Sequence record: PV730302.1
DNA length: 64,000 nucleotides
DNA from: a phage
Direction: 5' to 3' (one strand)
Shown: positions 18,148-27,798 of the stretch, piece by piece
Position numbering within the stretch: position 1 is the stretch's first letter
How the letters are laid out: each line of letters begins with the position of its first letter
Translations under genes and position numbers: made by a program
Notes under the pieces: model-generated
Databases searched by the model: none
The model's input: the letters and a program-made list of their open reading frames with translations, nothing else
Told to the model about the DNA's origin: nothing

Positions 18148-18188
18148 TTGATAGGTCTATAGTATCATGTTCTACGAAAGAGTAAACA
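18148..18188 (-). promoter_or_regulatory. early promoter/stem-loop cassette (core TTGATAGGTCTATAGTATCA on plus strand)
   Basis: minus sense GTTTAC-N17-TACTAT with TGn extended -10. Confidence 0.65.
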
Positions 18189-18217
18189 TCTTTTTTAAAC
18201 TTTTTAGAAACAAAAAA

Positions 18218-18239
18218 GGCCCAACCTTTCGGAAGGGCC
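18218..18239 (-). terminator. intrinsic terminator hairpin GGCCC-UU-CC-GAAA-GG-UU-GGGCC plus U-run (minus sense)
   Basis: follows stop of ORF 18245-18820; A-run on plus strand 18212-18217. Confidence 0.6.
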
Positions 18240-18244
18240 TAGAA

Positions 18245-18820
18245 TCAGTTCTTGTAGAACCGGAACGGGTTTACATGGAAGGCTAACATGGCCTTAGGGA
18301 TTTTACGAGACAAAAGGCTCTTAAGCTTCCAACCACAGTACACGCGAAGGTAAAAGGTAATCCCACCAACCTTAAGATATGGAACTGAAGCAAATACACC
18401 CCAGGCGTCGTCATTCCACATCCATAACCACCCGTGATGAGCTTTATCAGGAGAACCGGATTCAACGTCAGGATTACCACGATAATGGAATTCTGAGCTA
18501 CAATCACGACCGAGTTTATGGTAAGCAAAGTTATAAGCTTTATTTCGCCATAGCCAAGCTACTCTCTGGAGATAAACACCACCTGGCATTTTCCTGATTT
18601 TAGCCCAACGTTTAATGTGACCTTTGTCACCGTCAATTGGATTATCGTATGTCATCATCCAATCAAAGCCATAAGGCAATTTACCGGTCTTTTTATTGTG
18701 GAAAGGAACTACAAAAGGCGCAAGGATAACAGCCAGAACCATAGAGATAAAATCCAGTGGAACCAACAGAACCCAACTCAAATATTTTAAAAGTTTCATA
18801 TATTTCTCTAATTTAACCAA
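18245..18820 (-). CDS. membrane protein (hypothetical)
   Basis: 191 aa; N-terminal TM helices; Trp-rich C-terminal domain. Confidence 0.55.
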   Translation of the reverse strand: MVKLEKYMKLLKYLSWVLLVPLDFISMVLAVILAPFVVPFHNKKTGKLPYGFDWMMTYDNPIDGDKGHIKRWAKIRKMPGGVYLQRVAWLWRNKAYNFAYHKLGRDCSSEFHYRGNPDVESGSPDKAHHGWLWMWNDDAWGVFASVPYLKVGGITFYLRVYCGWKLKSLLSRKIPKAMLAFHVNPFRFYKN

Positions 18821-18821
18821 A

Positions 18822-18841
18822 AAAGCCCCAGATGGGGCTTT
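18822..18841 (-). terminator. intrinsic terminator AAAGCCCC-AUCU-GGGGCUUUUUU (minus sense)
   Basis: hairpin plus U-run directly after stop of ORF 18844-19308. Confidence 0.65.
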
Positions 18842-18843
18842 CG

Positions 18844-19308
18844 TTATTTGATTTGTTTAGCAGACCAGATACGGTCTTTGATGATTTTCTGAATATCTTC
18901 AACATACTCTAAGTCGTGAGCATGCGGATTATCTTTGAAGCTATGTGCTCGTGCTAGTTTCTGGCCTTCTGTTTTGATTACTAAAAGCTCTTTAAGAATT
19001 GCTTCATACTTAGAAATAATTCCTTTGGCGATATTTTTTTCTTGAGCGGCTTTAGGGTCTGCTTTTGTAGCAGGTGCTTTACCTGTAGCTTTCTGGAACA
19101 ATTCACCTGATGCAGCTAGGCTTTTAAAAACTCGGCTAACAGTATTAGCATTAGTAAAACCTTCGGCTTTAAAATCTCTAATAAAACGGAAACGTTCTTC
19201 ATCAGAGGCGTCTTTGTAAGAATATTTACCTGCTTGAATTGCTGCAATCGCAGCGGCTTTTACATCTGAACTAGATTGTTCAGTCAAAAATTCATTGTAA
19301 GTTTTCAT
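18844..19308 (-). CDS. internal-protein-like (CTS MKTYNEFLTE)
   Basis: 154 aa; N-terminal CTS-like decapeptide. Confidence 0.65.
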   Translation of the reverse strand: MKTYNEFLTEQSSSDVKAAAIAAIQAGKYSYKDASDEERFRFIRDFKAEGFTNANTVSRVFKSLAASGELFQKATGKAPATKADPKAAQEKNIAKGIISKYEAILKELLVIKTEGQKLARAHSFKDNPHAHDLEYVEDIQKIIKDRIWSAKQIK

Positions 19309-19353
19309 TATTATTTCCTAAGTTAATTAACTTATCTATTTATTATGCCAAAA

Positions 19354-19377
19354 AGCCCCAACCTTTCGGAAGGGGCT
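19354..19377 (-). terminator. intrinsic terminator hairpin, compensatory variant of the 18218 hairpin
   Basis: AGCCCC-AA-CC-TTTC-GG-AA-GGGGCT on plus strand with A-run upstream (U-run in minus sense); closes the tRNA region. Confidence 0.55.
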
Positions 19378-19758
19378 ATGCCTTGCGGCAACCTTGTCGG
19401 GGTTCCACCTGCTAGGCAAGTGTTTGTACGAAACGCCGGGATTCGAACCCGGTTATTAAGTAGTTGACGCTACTCAATATTTTTAAAAGGCCATATCTCG
19501 ACCATATCCGAACGTTCCGTCAAAAACGCTACTCGGCTTACGGCAAAGATATTTCCTCGAATCGATAATTCGGTGCGCCGTTTCTGCTGTGATGTAAGGG
19601 GACGTTAACAGATCGTAAAGATTTGTTAATGTCAGTCCTTATTCAGGGAACATCAGTCCGACGACTTACCGGTAGCGACCCGGTTTCTTGTTTGGTGCGC
19701 CGGTGAATGCTGGTAATCAGTCTTCATACGACGGCTTGACTATATAATAGTCTTCATT

Positions 19759-19833
19759 TGGTATCCCGCCCTGGGATCGAACCAGGACCGCAAACTTAGA
19801 AGGATCGTATGCTATCCATTACACCAGCGGGAC
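19759..19833 (-). tRNA. tRNA-Arg (anticodon TCT), CCA encoded
   Basis: manual fold of minus strand: 7-bp acceptor stem, T-loop TTCGATC, anticodon loop CTTCTAA. Confidence 0.85.
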
Positions 19834-19838
19834 ATAGT

Positions 19839-19915
19839 TGGTGACCCGGACCAGATTTGAACTGGTAACCTTTCCCTTATGAGGGGACTGCTTCTAACCA
19901 TTGAGCTACAGGGCC
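19839..19915 (-). tRNA. tRNA with CAT anticodon (elongator Met or lysidine-type Ile), CCA encoded
   Basis: manual fold: acceptor GGCCCTG, T-arm ACCAG-TTCAAAT-CTGGT, anticodon loop CTCATAA; 5 nt from tRNA-Arg. Confidence 0.8.
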
Positions 19916-19920
19916 TTAAT

Positions 19921-20187
19921 TTAAATTACAAATCCAGCAGGAGCATTATCATCTTTAGCCATGTGCTGAATTGTATGATAAGTCATTTCTTCAGGAGCAA
20001 CCAGATAAGCCGCAACGTTAACTAGTGGAATTATTTTTGGTTTAGCGAACGTGCTATCAGAAATTGCCATAAAGGGCTCGCCGTCTCGTTCAACTTCGCC
20101 AAATTGGCATTCATATGAAATAGAACAACGTTTGGTAGTTGTTGTCTTGGTTTTAGGGTCATAAAAAGCTAATTTTAATACTAACAT
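19921..20187 (-). CDS. hypothetical protein
   Basis: ORF track 88 aa. Confidence 0.4.
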   Translation of the reverse strand: MLVLKLAFYDPKTKTTTTKRCSISYECQFGEVERDGEPFMAISDSTFAKPKIIPLVNVAAYLVAPEEMTYHTIQHMAKDDNAPAGFVI

Positions 20188-20315
20188 AACACCTCAAATA
20201 AAATTAAGTAAAGTAAGTTTAATTAATAGACCTTGTCTATTATGAAAGGTTCTTTGAGGGAAGAACCTTTGGTAATAGAGGGTATTAATGATAGAGTAAT
20301 AATATCACATAATTC

Positions 20316-20600
20316 TTAAAGCATATTAATGTAATCAAGTTTAATAGAAGCAATCTTCAAAGGATTTTTAAAGATGTCGTATTCGACCAATCCGTTTTCA
20401 GTTGCGGTATAAAAAGTAAAGTTAACAGAATTATAACGTTGGCTGTTAACTTTGAGTTTAACGTCGCTTGAACTACGGCCAATATTAACCTGTTGGACAT
20501 CAAGCACGGCATCTTTGCCAAAGTTGCGAATCAGTAGCTCTGCTGCAACCTGGTCTGAATTATATCCATTCTCTGGATTAGTAACCTTAACGTATAGCAT
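20316..20600 (-). CDS. hypothetical protein
   Basis: ORF track 94 aa. Confidence 0.45.
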   Translation of the reverse strand: MLYVKVTNPENGYNSDQVAAELLIRNFGKDAVLDVQQVNIGRSSSDVKLKVNSQRYNSVNFTFYTATENGLVEYDIFKNPLKIASIKLDYINML

Positions 20601-21002
20601 TTAACCCTCGTCTACAATAGTATGGGTATTAGCATTAACAATCTGCCACCAGTCAAAACGATCGGAGCCGTAAAGAAACTTATTCTCGTTTTCTTTAACA
20701 ATTTCACGTAGTTCATCTTCAGTGGCAGCTTTAGCGATTAAATCGGTATAGCCACCACGTGGATAGTAGTTATCACCCGCGAACAGAAGGAAATTTACTT
20801 TACCAGAAGGAACATATGCTTCCTTAGGATACTTGTTTCCTGCTTGGTCTACCACTTCAATATAACGGTAAGGAATATCGGTACTTTCAACCCATTGCCA
20901 AGCTGCAGCAGGGGATTCAAAAGCATCTACACCTAAACGGTTATCTTCATCTTTAGACGGATTATTTTCATAATCCGCATATGCATAATATTCAACGTTC
21001 AT
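20601..21002 (-). CDS. hypothetical protein
   Basis: ORF track 133 aa. Confidence 0.5.
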   Translation of the reverse strand: MNVEYYAYADYENNPSKDEDNRLGVDAFESPAAAWQWVESTDIPYRYIEVVDQAGNKYPKEAYVPSGKVNFLLFAGDNYYPRGGYTDLIAKAATEDELREIVKENENKFLYGSDRFDWWQIVNANTHTIVDEG

Positions 21003-21187
21003 TATTCACCTTTAGAGATTTTATCCATAACGATAGCGATTAAGCCGATTAGAAATGCTACTACCAATGAGATAGAATTTTCTGTTGTTGTCAGTAGTCC
21101 ACAAATGAATCCTACAAACATCGAAAAACTAAAAGCCATTGAAGCAATTACTACAGCAACATTACGAATCAGTTCAGCGCGTTTCAT
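21002..21187 (-). CDS. small membrane protein
   Basis: 61 aa, one to two TM helices; promoter cassette upstream. Confidence 0.4.
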   Translation of the reverse strand: MKRAELIRNVAVVIASMAFSFSMFVGFICGLLTTTENSISLVVAFLIGLIAIVMDKISKGE

Positions 21188-21204
21188 TTTATTCTCCTCA
21201 GTAG

Positions 21205-21244
21205 TTGATAGGGTAATAGTATCACTACCCTATCTAAAAGTAAA
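21205..21244 (-). promoter_or_regulatory. early promoter/stem-loop cassette (variant core TTGATAGGGTAATAGTATCA)
   Basis: GTTTAC at 21239-21244 in minus sense. Confidence 0.55.
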
Positions 21245-21256
21245 CGGTTTTATAAA

Positions 21257-21565
21257 CTATTTTATTCCGCGTGATGCAATCGTATTCTGCCGTTTAACGC
21301 CAGTTTGTTTAAAGTTATGATTGTCGAGTTGATCGGTACGAGCAACTCCGAATGATGATTTAATCTTAGCTTTAGATCCTTTAGTTATAGAAATAAACAT
21401 CTCGGGAGCCCCTTTCTTAAAGTCCGAAGCAATTACTTCAACACCGTTCTTAGCAAGTGACCTCAGAATTGCTTCCACATACTCATCATCAAGACCCGCT
21501 TGAGTATGAATAACGAATGTCTTTGGTGCAGCCGCTTCATTGATAAATTCTTTATAGGTTTTCAT
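21257..21565 (-). CDS. internal-protein-like (CTS MKTYKEFINE), ipI-like position next to 57B
   Basis: 102 aa; CTS; paralog of 8058-8357 with shared motifs along the whole length. Confidence 0.7.
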   Translation of the reverse strand: MKTYKEFINEAAAPKTFVIHTQAGLDDEYVEAILRSLAKNGVEVIASDFKKGAPEMFISITKGSKAKIKSSFGVARTDQLDNHNFKQTGVKRQNTIASRGIK

Positions 21566-21584
21566 TTTATGTTCCTAATTAATT

Positions 21585-21625
21585 TTGATGAGATAATAGT
21601 ACCACAACCCTATTTAAAAGTAAAC
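21585..21625 (-). promoter_or_regulatory. early promoter/stem-loop cassette (variant)
   Basis: GTTTAC at 21620-21625 in minus sense. Confidence 0.5.
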
Positions 21626-21898
21626 TCATTTTAAATAAATTGCATACTTTTTATAACCGGCCGTTTCGTGACGCAGCCCTTTTTCATTAGCAAAACGTTC
21701 AATATTGTTAATTTGATTCTGGTCGAGTTCTGAAGTATCAAATACAAAAAAGTTTCGCTTATTGCCTAAAGTTACGTGATTAGTCAAATCGATGTTATAG
21801 AGATGATTTATATCATCAATCATAGTCTTAACAGATTTGTTAATTTTTACTTCCTCATTAAGAATAGATTCAGCGATAAATTCTTGATAAGTTTTCAT
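21626..21898 (-). CDS. internal-protein-like (CTS MKTYQEFIAE)
   Basis: 90 aa; exact match to the canonical CTS decapeptide. Confidence 0.65.
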   Translation of the reverse strand: MKTYQEFIAESILNEEVKINKSVKTMIDDINHLYNIDLTNHVTLGNKRNFFVFDTSELDQNQINNIERFANEKGLRHETAGYKKYAIYLK

Positions 21899-21924
21899 TT
21901 TGATTTCCGTGCGGTTAGTTTGTT

Positions 21925-21964
21925 TTGATAGGTCTATAGTATCATGCCTATAGACCTTGTAAAC
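21925..21964 (-). promoter_or_regulatory. early promoter/stem-loop cassette (core TTGATAGGTCTATAGTATCA)
   Basis: GTTTAC at 21959-21964 in minus sense; inverted repeat GGTCTATAGG/CCTATAGACC. Confidence 0.65.
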
Positions 21965-21975
21965 ACCTTTTTAAA

Positions 21976-22653
<678 letters not shown>

Positions 22654-22661
<8 letters not shown>

Positions 22662-23415
22662 TTTTATTTCCTAATAATTTATCAATAGTAGTGTATAGTT
22701 CAGAAAGAGTGCCGTTATTTTCAACAACAACGTCACCAGGTAAAATTGGTAGACCCGCTTCAGTGATGTGCGAGTCTTGTACTTGACCGGTTTCAGAGCG
22801 AACTACATGAATAATCGTAGCACCCATCGCTCTGAGCGAATCAATTTCGTGTGTTTGACGAACATCAGGTACGACATAGTATTTCGCGTCAGAGTATATT
22901 TTATCAAAATAGTCTAAAGCGAACAACTTAACCCAATACATCTTATCAAATTGGTTAACAATAATATCAGTCCCAAGGGTCTGCATGAGACGACGTACTG
23001 ACCAATTGTTATTTTTATTTATTACTTCAAACAGTTGGTCTTTTGTTTCTTCAGACAGATACTGGACTGGGGTAAGACCATAATGATATGCGGTACGAAC
23101 ATCCATTCCTGGAATAGGAAGGATATTATTCAGTTTGACAATAGCATTTTCAAAGATATCAATAACGTCATATGGTTTTAAAGGAATGATTTCTTCACGG
23201 TCGTAACCGATACCTTCAAAACAGTTGAAATCCAGTTTAGGCATATAACTACGGTCGAATACAGGGTCATCAGAGATGTATTCATAGGCTTCAGCCAGAT
23301 ACTTTTTAATAGGACCTGCGAGCTGAAATTTTACCGAATCCATATTTTCGATTACATAGTTAGCAACGGTATCCTTACCGCTACGTTTGATTCCTACAAT
23401 TGATATTAGTTTCAT
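22654..23415 (-). CDS. 1: deoxynucleoside monophosphate kinase gp1
   Basis: P-loop GIKRSGKDT; WSVRRLMQTLGTDII and MYWVKLFALDY motifs as in T4 gp1. Confidence 0.9.
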
Positions 23416-24005
23416 TATTTTCTCATAGATGGATGCATAGACATACGAGCCACACGTTGTTCGGCATACGAATCAATTTGTGGACGACCTGTAACTATTG
23501 TACCATCTATTTCTACAGCAAACGATTTGAAGTTGAATGTTGCTGTAGCGATTATCGCAGGGTCAGAATCCTCTTTATAAGAGTACTGGATTTCCGAGAG
23601 GTCGGATGGCCAACCACCGTAGTAATGAATGCTCATTACGATTTTCTGTTTGTTATTATCAAGGATGTGGAGCGTAATTGCTTCAGGTAAGCCTTTAGGA
23701 TGCCAGGCTTCTGAATCATGGGTTACGTAGTTGTTTAATGACAACATCCACTTATAAACGTCAAGCCATGATTTCAATTCTTTGTCCACAAGAAAGTTCA
23801 CGACCAATGGGTCGAATTCTACAGTAGAACCTGGCAGCTTAGCACGATGTATGCCCTGGGTCGATCCTGGGACGTCTGAGATCGGAATATGGATACCAGG
23901 TAGTGTTACATCTTGTACGTTCAATTTGAATGCCTGGGTCATTCCTGCGTCACTAACCTCTAAGATAAAGTTGGTGGTGTTAGTTTGGTTAAATAAACCG
24001 TTCAT
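23415..24005 (-). CDS. 3: tail completion / sheath stabiliser gp3
   Basis: position between gp1 and gp2; true start may be internal Met near 23942 (175 aa vs T4 176). Confidence 0.75.
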   Translation of the reverse strand: MNGLFNQTNTTNFILEVSDAGMTQAFKLNVQDVTLPGIHIPISDVPGSTQGIHRAKLPGSTVEFDPLVVNFLVDKELKSWLDVYKWMLSLNNYVTHDSEAWHPKGLPEAITLHILDNNKQKIVMSIHYYGGWPSDLSEIQYSYKEDSDPAIIATATFNFKSFAVEIDGTIVTGRPQIDSYAEQRVARMSMHPSMRK

Positions 24006-24087
24006 AGGATTCCTATATTGCTTAAGTCCCAGACAGTGTATAATGGTCCTAGGTCTGTTCCATTCAATAACTGGCTGGGATAATAGA

Positions 24088-24915
24088 TTATGAATTCTTC
24101 CATACTTTCTGAGCTGAATAACGCTTGCCTTTAGACATGAACTGTTGGAGAGGCATCATGACCACATTAGCCCAATCAGCAGGTTTTATCTCTACTAAAG
24201 GGCCCTTGATATTTCCAGGGATATAAGCCTTAATCATAACGTCTGCGCCGGCGAATCCTTTTACCTTACTCCAATCGATTTTTAATTTAGTCGAGTTAGT
24301 AATGGTAGGCGTACTCGCGTATTGCTTCAGCAATTCTTCCAGAAATTGTTGACGTGCTTTAGGTGGGATATAGTGTAAGTTCAGCCCGTACATTAAATTA
24401 TGCTTACCTAACCCAAGATAAATGATTAAAGGATATTTGTCCCAATACGGTAGAGTATCCTTGTGCTTGGCGTCATAGATATAAGCATAAAGCTTACCAG
24501 GAGATGGTTTAGATACCTGGTGTCCACGAATTCCTTTCTTTAATGTTTCTGTAAACCATTTAGCTGATTTATTGTTTACAGCGGCGCCTTCGTTAGCAAT
24601 CTTATCACGAATACTCTTTCTAAAACTATTCACCAAAATTAATTGACGTTCGGCTTTGGTTAATTTATTGCCAGGTTTCTTCTGAAGTTTTTCAACCTGT
24701 ACAGCAGTTTTAATTCGACTCGAGTATCGAGACATCGCAGATGTAAAGCTAGAATACTTGATGCCTTTATCTTCAGCGAATTTCTTAGCCGAGACACCTT
24801 TAGCCTTGGCATTGGCATATTCAACGCCTAAAGTTATCCATTGTTGTTCTGAACGGGTGGGCTTGGAACCCTTTGTGGTTTCAGTAGCCTCATTGATGTA
24901 GGAAAATATACTCAT
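24088..24915 (-). CDS. 2: DNA end-protector protein gp2
   Basis: about 275 aa, basic; synteny 3-2-4; start set at MSIFSY. Confidence 0.8.
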   Translation of the reverse strand: MSIFSYINEATETTKGSKPTRSEQQWITLGVEYANAKAKGVSAKKFAEDKGIKYSSFTSAMSRYSSRIKTAVQVEKLQKKPGNKLTKAERQLILVNSFRKSIRDKIANEGAAVNNKSAKWFTETLKKGIRGHQVSKPSPGKLYAYIYDAKHKDTLPYWDKYPLIIYLGLGKHNLMYGLNLHYIPPKARQQFLEELLKQYASTPTITNSTKLKIDWSKVKGFAGADVMIKAYIPGNIKGPLVEIKPADWANVVMMPLQQFMSKGKRYSAQKVWKNS

Positions 24916-25361
24916 CCTTTCCATCCTAATTTTTTCAGTGAATGTTCGGTAATCAATCTAAAGGTGATACCCATTTTATCTGCTGTAGCTTTAGCTGCTT
25001 TCCACTTATCAGTATTAACAGACCAAGTATAGTGTTCGTTGATATATCTCTTTTTAGCAGCCGTAGTCATTTTAACAGGCACCGCAGGAGCATGGGTTTC
25101 TTTAAAAGGTTTGACTTCAAAAAAGAATTGTTGGCCCGTATCAAATTTAACCCAGAAGTCCATAAAATATCGTCTTTTCTTTCCTTCGGCATTGCAAAAG
25201 TAAGGAATGACCACCTCTTCTGAATTCCACTGGACTACATTAGGATGGTTGTCAAGCCAACGCATAAACCATGCTTCCCAAGAGGAACGATATTGGATTT
25301 TCTTCCAGTCACCTTTATATTTTTGTAAGTTTGTAGGTTTAAATTTCCCTGAGTAAGCCAT
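24912..25361 (-). CDS. 4: head completion protein gp4
   Basis: start at MAYSGKFKP gives 149 aa (T4 gp4 150 aa); late promoter upstream on minus strand. Confidence 0.85.
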   Translation of the reverse strand: MAYSGKFKPTNLQKYKGDWKKIQYRSSWEAWFMRWLDNHPNVVQWNSEEVVIPYFCNAEGKKRRYFMDFWVKFDTGQQFFFEVKPFKETHAPAVPVKMTTAAKKRYINEHYTWSVNTDKWKAAKATADKMGITFRLITEHSLKKLGWKG

Positions 25362-25372
25362 AGTTGCCTCCT

Positions 25373-25380
25373 TATAAATA
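25373..25380 (+). promoter_or_regulatory. late promoter TATAAATA (gene 53)
   Basis: exact octamer 28 nt upstream of the 53 ATG. Confidence 0.7.
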
Positions 25381-25387
25381 TTAATAT

Positions 25388-25395
25388 TATTTATA
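25388..25395 (-). promoter_or_regulatory. late promoter TATAAATA (minus sense, gene 4)
   Basis: TATTTATA on plus strand, divergent from the gene 53 promoter. Confidence 0.6.
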
Positions 25396-25407
25396 CTCGG
25401 AGGCCCT

Positions 25408-26010
25408 ATGCTCTTCTCATTTTTCGATCCCATCGATTACGAATCAAAAACAGTCAAGCCGGATTCGGGCTCATTAACAAATGCCGATGTACTGAGCGTG
25501 CCGATGACTGATATATTTAGAAATTATAAAGAATATTTTGATAAAGTGGCTAAAAACTATACACTAAAGACTTATTATATCAACGGGGCCCCTCGTCCAG
25601 AAGAATTGGCCAATCAACTTTACGGTAACGTTCAGTTATACTGGGTTTTATTGATGTGCAATAACGTATATGACCCATATTACGGCTGGATTACAGGCCA
25701 AGAAGTCGCATATCAAGCAGCAATCCAAAGATATTCTACTGCAGGTGGCAATCAAGTTCTTTATCATGTTAATGAAAAGGGTGAGAAATTCTGGAATCTT
25801 GTTAATACTCCAGAAAACCCATATACTTGGTATGATAAAGGTGATACAGAAAAACGTTATCCTCAATATGAGGGCCCTTTGGCTGCAGTAGATATTTACG
25901 AGGATGCTATTCGTAAAAATGAATATAAGCGCGAAATAAAGATTGTAGACCCTAATGATATTGAGTCCTTTATTTCTGCCCTTATTCGCGAAATGGAGAA
26001 AGCCCTCTAA
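25408..26010 (+). CDS. 53: baseplate wedge protein gp53
   Basis: 200 aa (T4 gp53 196); first gene of plus-strand baseplate operon. Confidence 0.85.
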   Translation: MLFSFFDPIDYESKTVKPDSGSLTNADVLSVPMTDIFRNYKEYFDKVAKNYTLKTYYINGAPRPEELANQLYGNVQLYWVLLMCNNVYDPYYGWITGQEVAYQAAIQRYSTAGGNQVLYHVNEKGEKFWNLVNTPENPYTWYDKGDTEKRYPQYEGPLAAVDIYEDAIRKNEYKREIKIVDPNDIESFISALIREMEKAL

Positions 26011-27797
26011 TGATTAACATGTCTGATAATGTAAGTTGGTTCGTCGGTGTAGTTGAAGACCGAATGGACCCGCTCAAACAAGGCCGAGTACGCGTGCGCG
26101 TATGGGGTATGCATCCCTATGAAAAGGTACAAGGCCCTGTAAAAGGTCTTCGTACAGAAGATTTACCATGGATGTCGGTATTAATGCCTACATCTTCGGC
26201 CTCTGTTTCAGGTATACAAACCGCTATGACAGGTATGGTCCCAGGTACACAAGTTTATGGCCACTTTCTTGATAAGTGGAAATTAAACGGACTTGTCCTT
26301 GGTACATACGGTTCCGCTTCAAGACAAAAGGCTAACCCTAATGAAGGTTTTAGCGACCCAACAGGCCAATACCCACTTTATTTAGGTAATGATGCCGCGG
26401 CTTTAAACCGAGGTGGTGAAGTTGGATATGATGCCACTTCTAACGTAATCCAGGATTCTAATCTAGATTTGGGTCTTAATCCTGATGGTTTAGATTTAAG
26501 TCAAGTCAAACCTGACGATAATCCTAATTTCACAATAGAAAACATGCTTCACCGTGATGAAGGGCTTAGACTGAAGGTATATTGGGACACCGAAGGATAC
26601 CCTACTATAGGTATAGGTCACCTTATTACGCCACAACCTATTAGAGATATGAACCAAATAAACAAAATATTGTCTAAACAAATAGGTCGAGAAGTTAAAG
26701 GTAACCCTGGTGCAATATCAATGGATGAGGCTTCTAAATTATTCCAAGAAGACCTTAAAAAAGTCCAAAGCGATATAGGTCGACATAGTGTTGTGGGTCC
26801 GGTTTACAATAAAGAAAACCGTTCAAGACAAATGGCTCTTGAAAACATGGCTTTCCAAATGGGATTGGGTGGACTGGCTAAATTTAGAACCATGCTCGCT
26901 GCAATGTTAGCCGGAGATTATAAGAAAGCATTTGATGCCGCTCGTGATTCTGTGTGGTTTAACCAAACTAAAGGTCGTGCATCAAGGGTATCAATGATTA
27001 TCCTTACAGGTAACATGGAATCATACGGTATTATGGCCCCTAAAGAAAGGTCATTTAAAGGGCGTTCGTATAGAATGATTCAAACTTTTGCCGCACCTGC
27101 AAATTCAGACCCAGCCGACCCATGGACCCCAGAAGATACAAGGATTCTGTTTAAAGAACCCGAATCAAGTTATAAGGGCGAATATCCTTATGTGCAGACA
27201 ATGCAAACTGAAGGTGGGCATATCCAAGAATTCGATAACACCCCAGGGCAAGAACGTTATCGTTTAATCCATCCTACAGGTAGTTATGAAGAAGTTGCTC
27301 CTGATGGACGTAAAACTTCTAAGACGGTAGCCGACGGATATTATATGACCCAAGGCGATTCTAATACTTATGTCGGCGGTAATAATAAAGTCAACATAGG
27401 CGGTGATGAAACCTATTATAATATGGCAAACGTGCGCCGTCAAACTGACGGGTCCGAAAGCATCCATATTCGTGGTAATGAAACCAAAACAGTAGAAGGT
27501 GATGGAACTCTGCTTGTTAAAGGAAATGTTAAAATAGTTATTATGGGTACTGCTGATATAACTGTTGAACAAGAAGCATATATTACGGTTGAAAAAGATA
27601 CAACAGTTAATGTCAACCAGAATGCAGATATAAGCGTTAAACAAAAGGCCACAATCAATGCTCAAAATATGGATGTAAATGTCGAACAAGATTTAAATTT
27701 TGCAGCGACGAACATTAATTTAAACGCATCAAATACTGTGCATATGGATGGCGGTTCATTAGCTAAAGTATCTGGTGGCAACGTACAGGTCGGTTAA
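26010..27797 (+). CDS. 5: baseplate hub/spike protein with lysozyme domain gp5
   Basis: 595 aa; lysozyme core DEGLRLKVYWDTEGYPTIGIGHLI; C-terminal beta-helix repeats. Confidence 0.95.
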   Translation: MINMSDNVSWFVGVVEDRMDPLKQGRVRVRVWGMHPYEKVQGPVKGLRTEDLPWMSVLMPTSSASVSGIQTAMTGMVPGTQVYGHFLDKWKLNGLVLGTYGSASRQKANPNEGFSDPTGQYPLYLGNDAAALNRGGEVGYDATSNVIQDSNLDLGLNPDGLDLSQVKPDDNPNFTIENMLHRDEGLRLKVYWDTEGYPTIGIGHLITPQPIRDMNQINKILSKQIGREVKGNPGAISMDEASKLFQEDLKKVQSDIGRHSVVGPVYNKENRSRQMALENMAFQMGLGGLAKFRTMLAAMLAGDYKKAFDAARDSVWFNQTKGRASRVSMIILTGNMESYGIMAPKERSFKGRSYRMIQTFAAPANSDPADPWTPEDTRILFKEPESSYKGEYPYVQTMQTEGGHIQEFDNTPGQERYRLIHPTGSYEEVAPDGRKTSKTVADGYYMTQGDSNTYVGGNNKVNIGGDETYYNMANVRRQTDGSESIHIRGNETKTVEGDGTLLVKGNVKIVIMGTADITVEQEAYITVEKDTTVNVNQNADISVKQKATINAQNMDVNVEQDLNFAATNINLNASNTVHMDGGSLAKVSGGNVQVG

Positions 27798-27798
27798 T

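Noticed and set aside
19381-19458. Third canonical tRNA
   Set aside because: The T-arm is convincing but the anticodon loop is 6 or 8 nt and no acceptor stem forms at standard spacing; reported as a tRNA-like element in findings rather than annotated.
19735-19750. TTGACT adjacent to TATAAT on the plus strand as a sigma70 promoter
   Set aside because: The two hexamers are contiguous with no spacer, and the orientation opposes the minus-strand tRNA genes.
2419-21964. Recurring 20-mer considered as a CRISPR array
   Set aside because: Copies are hundreds to thousands of bp apart and each sits in the 5' UTR of a gene with -35/-10 elements; there is no regular repeat-spacer structure.
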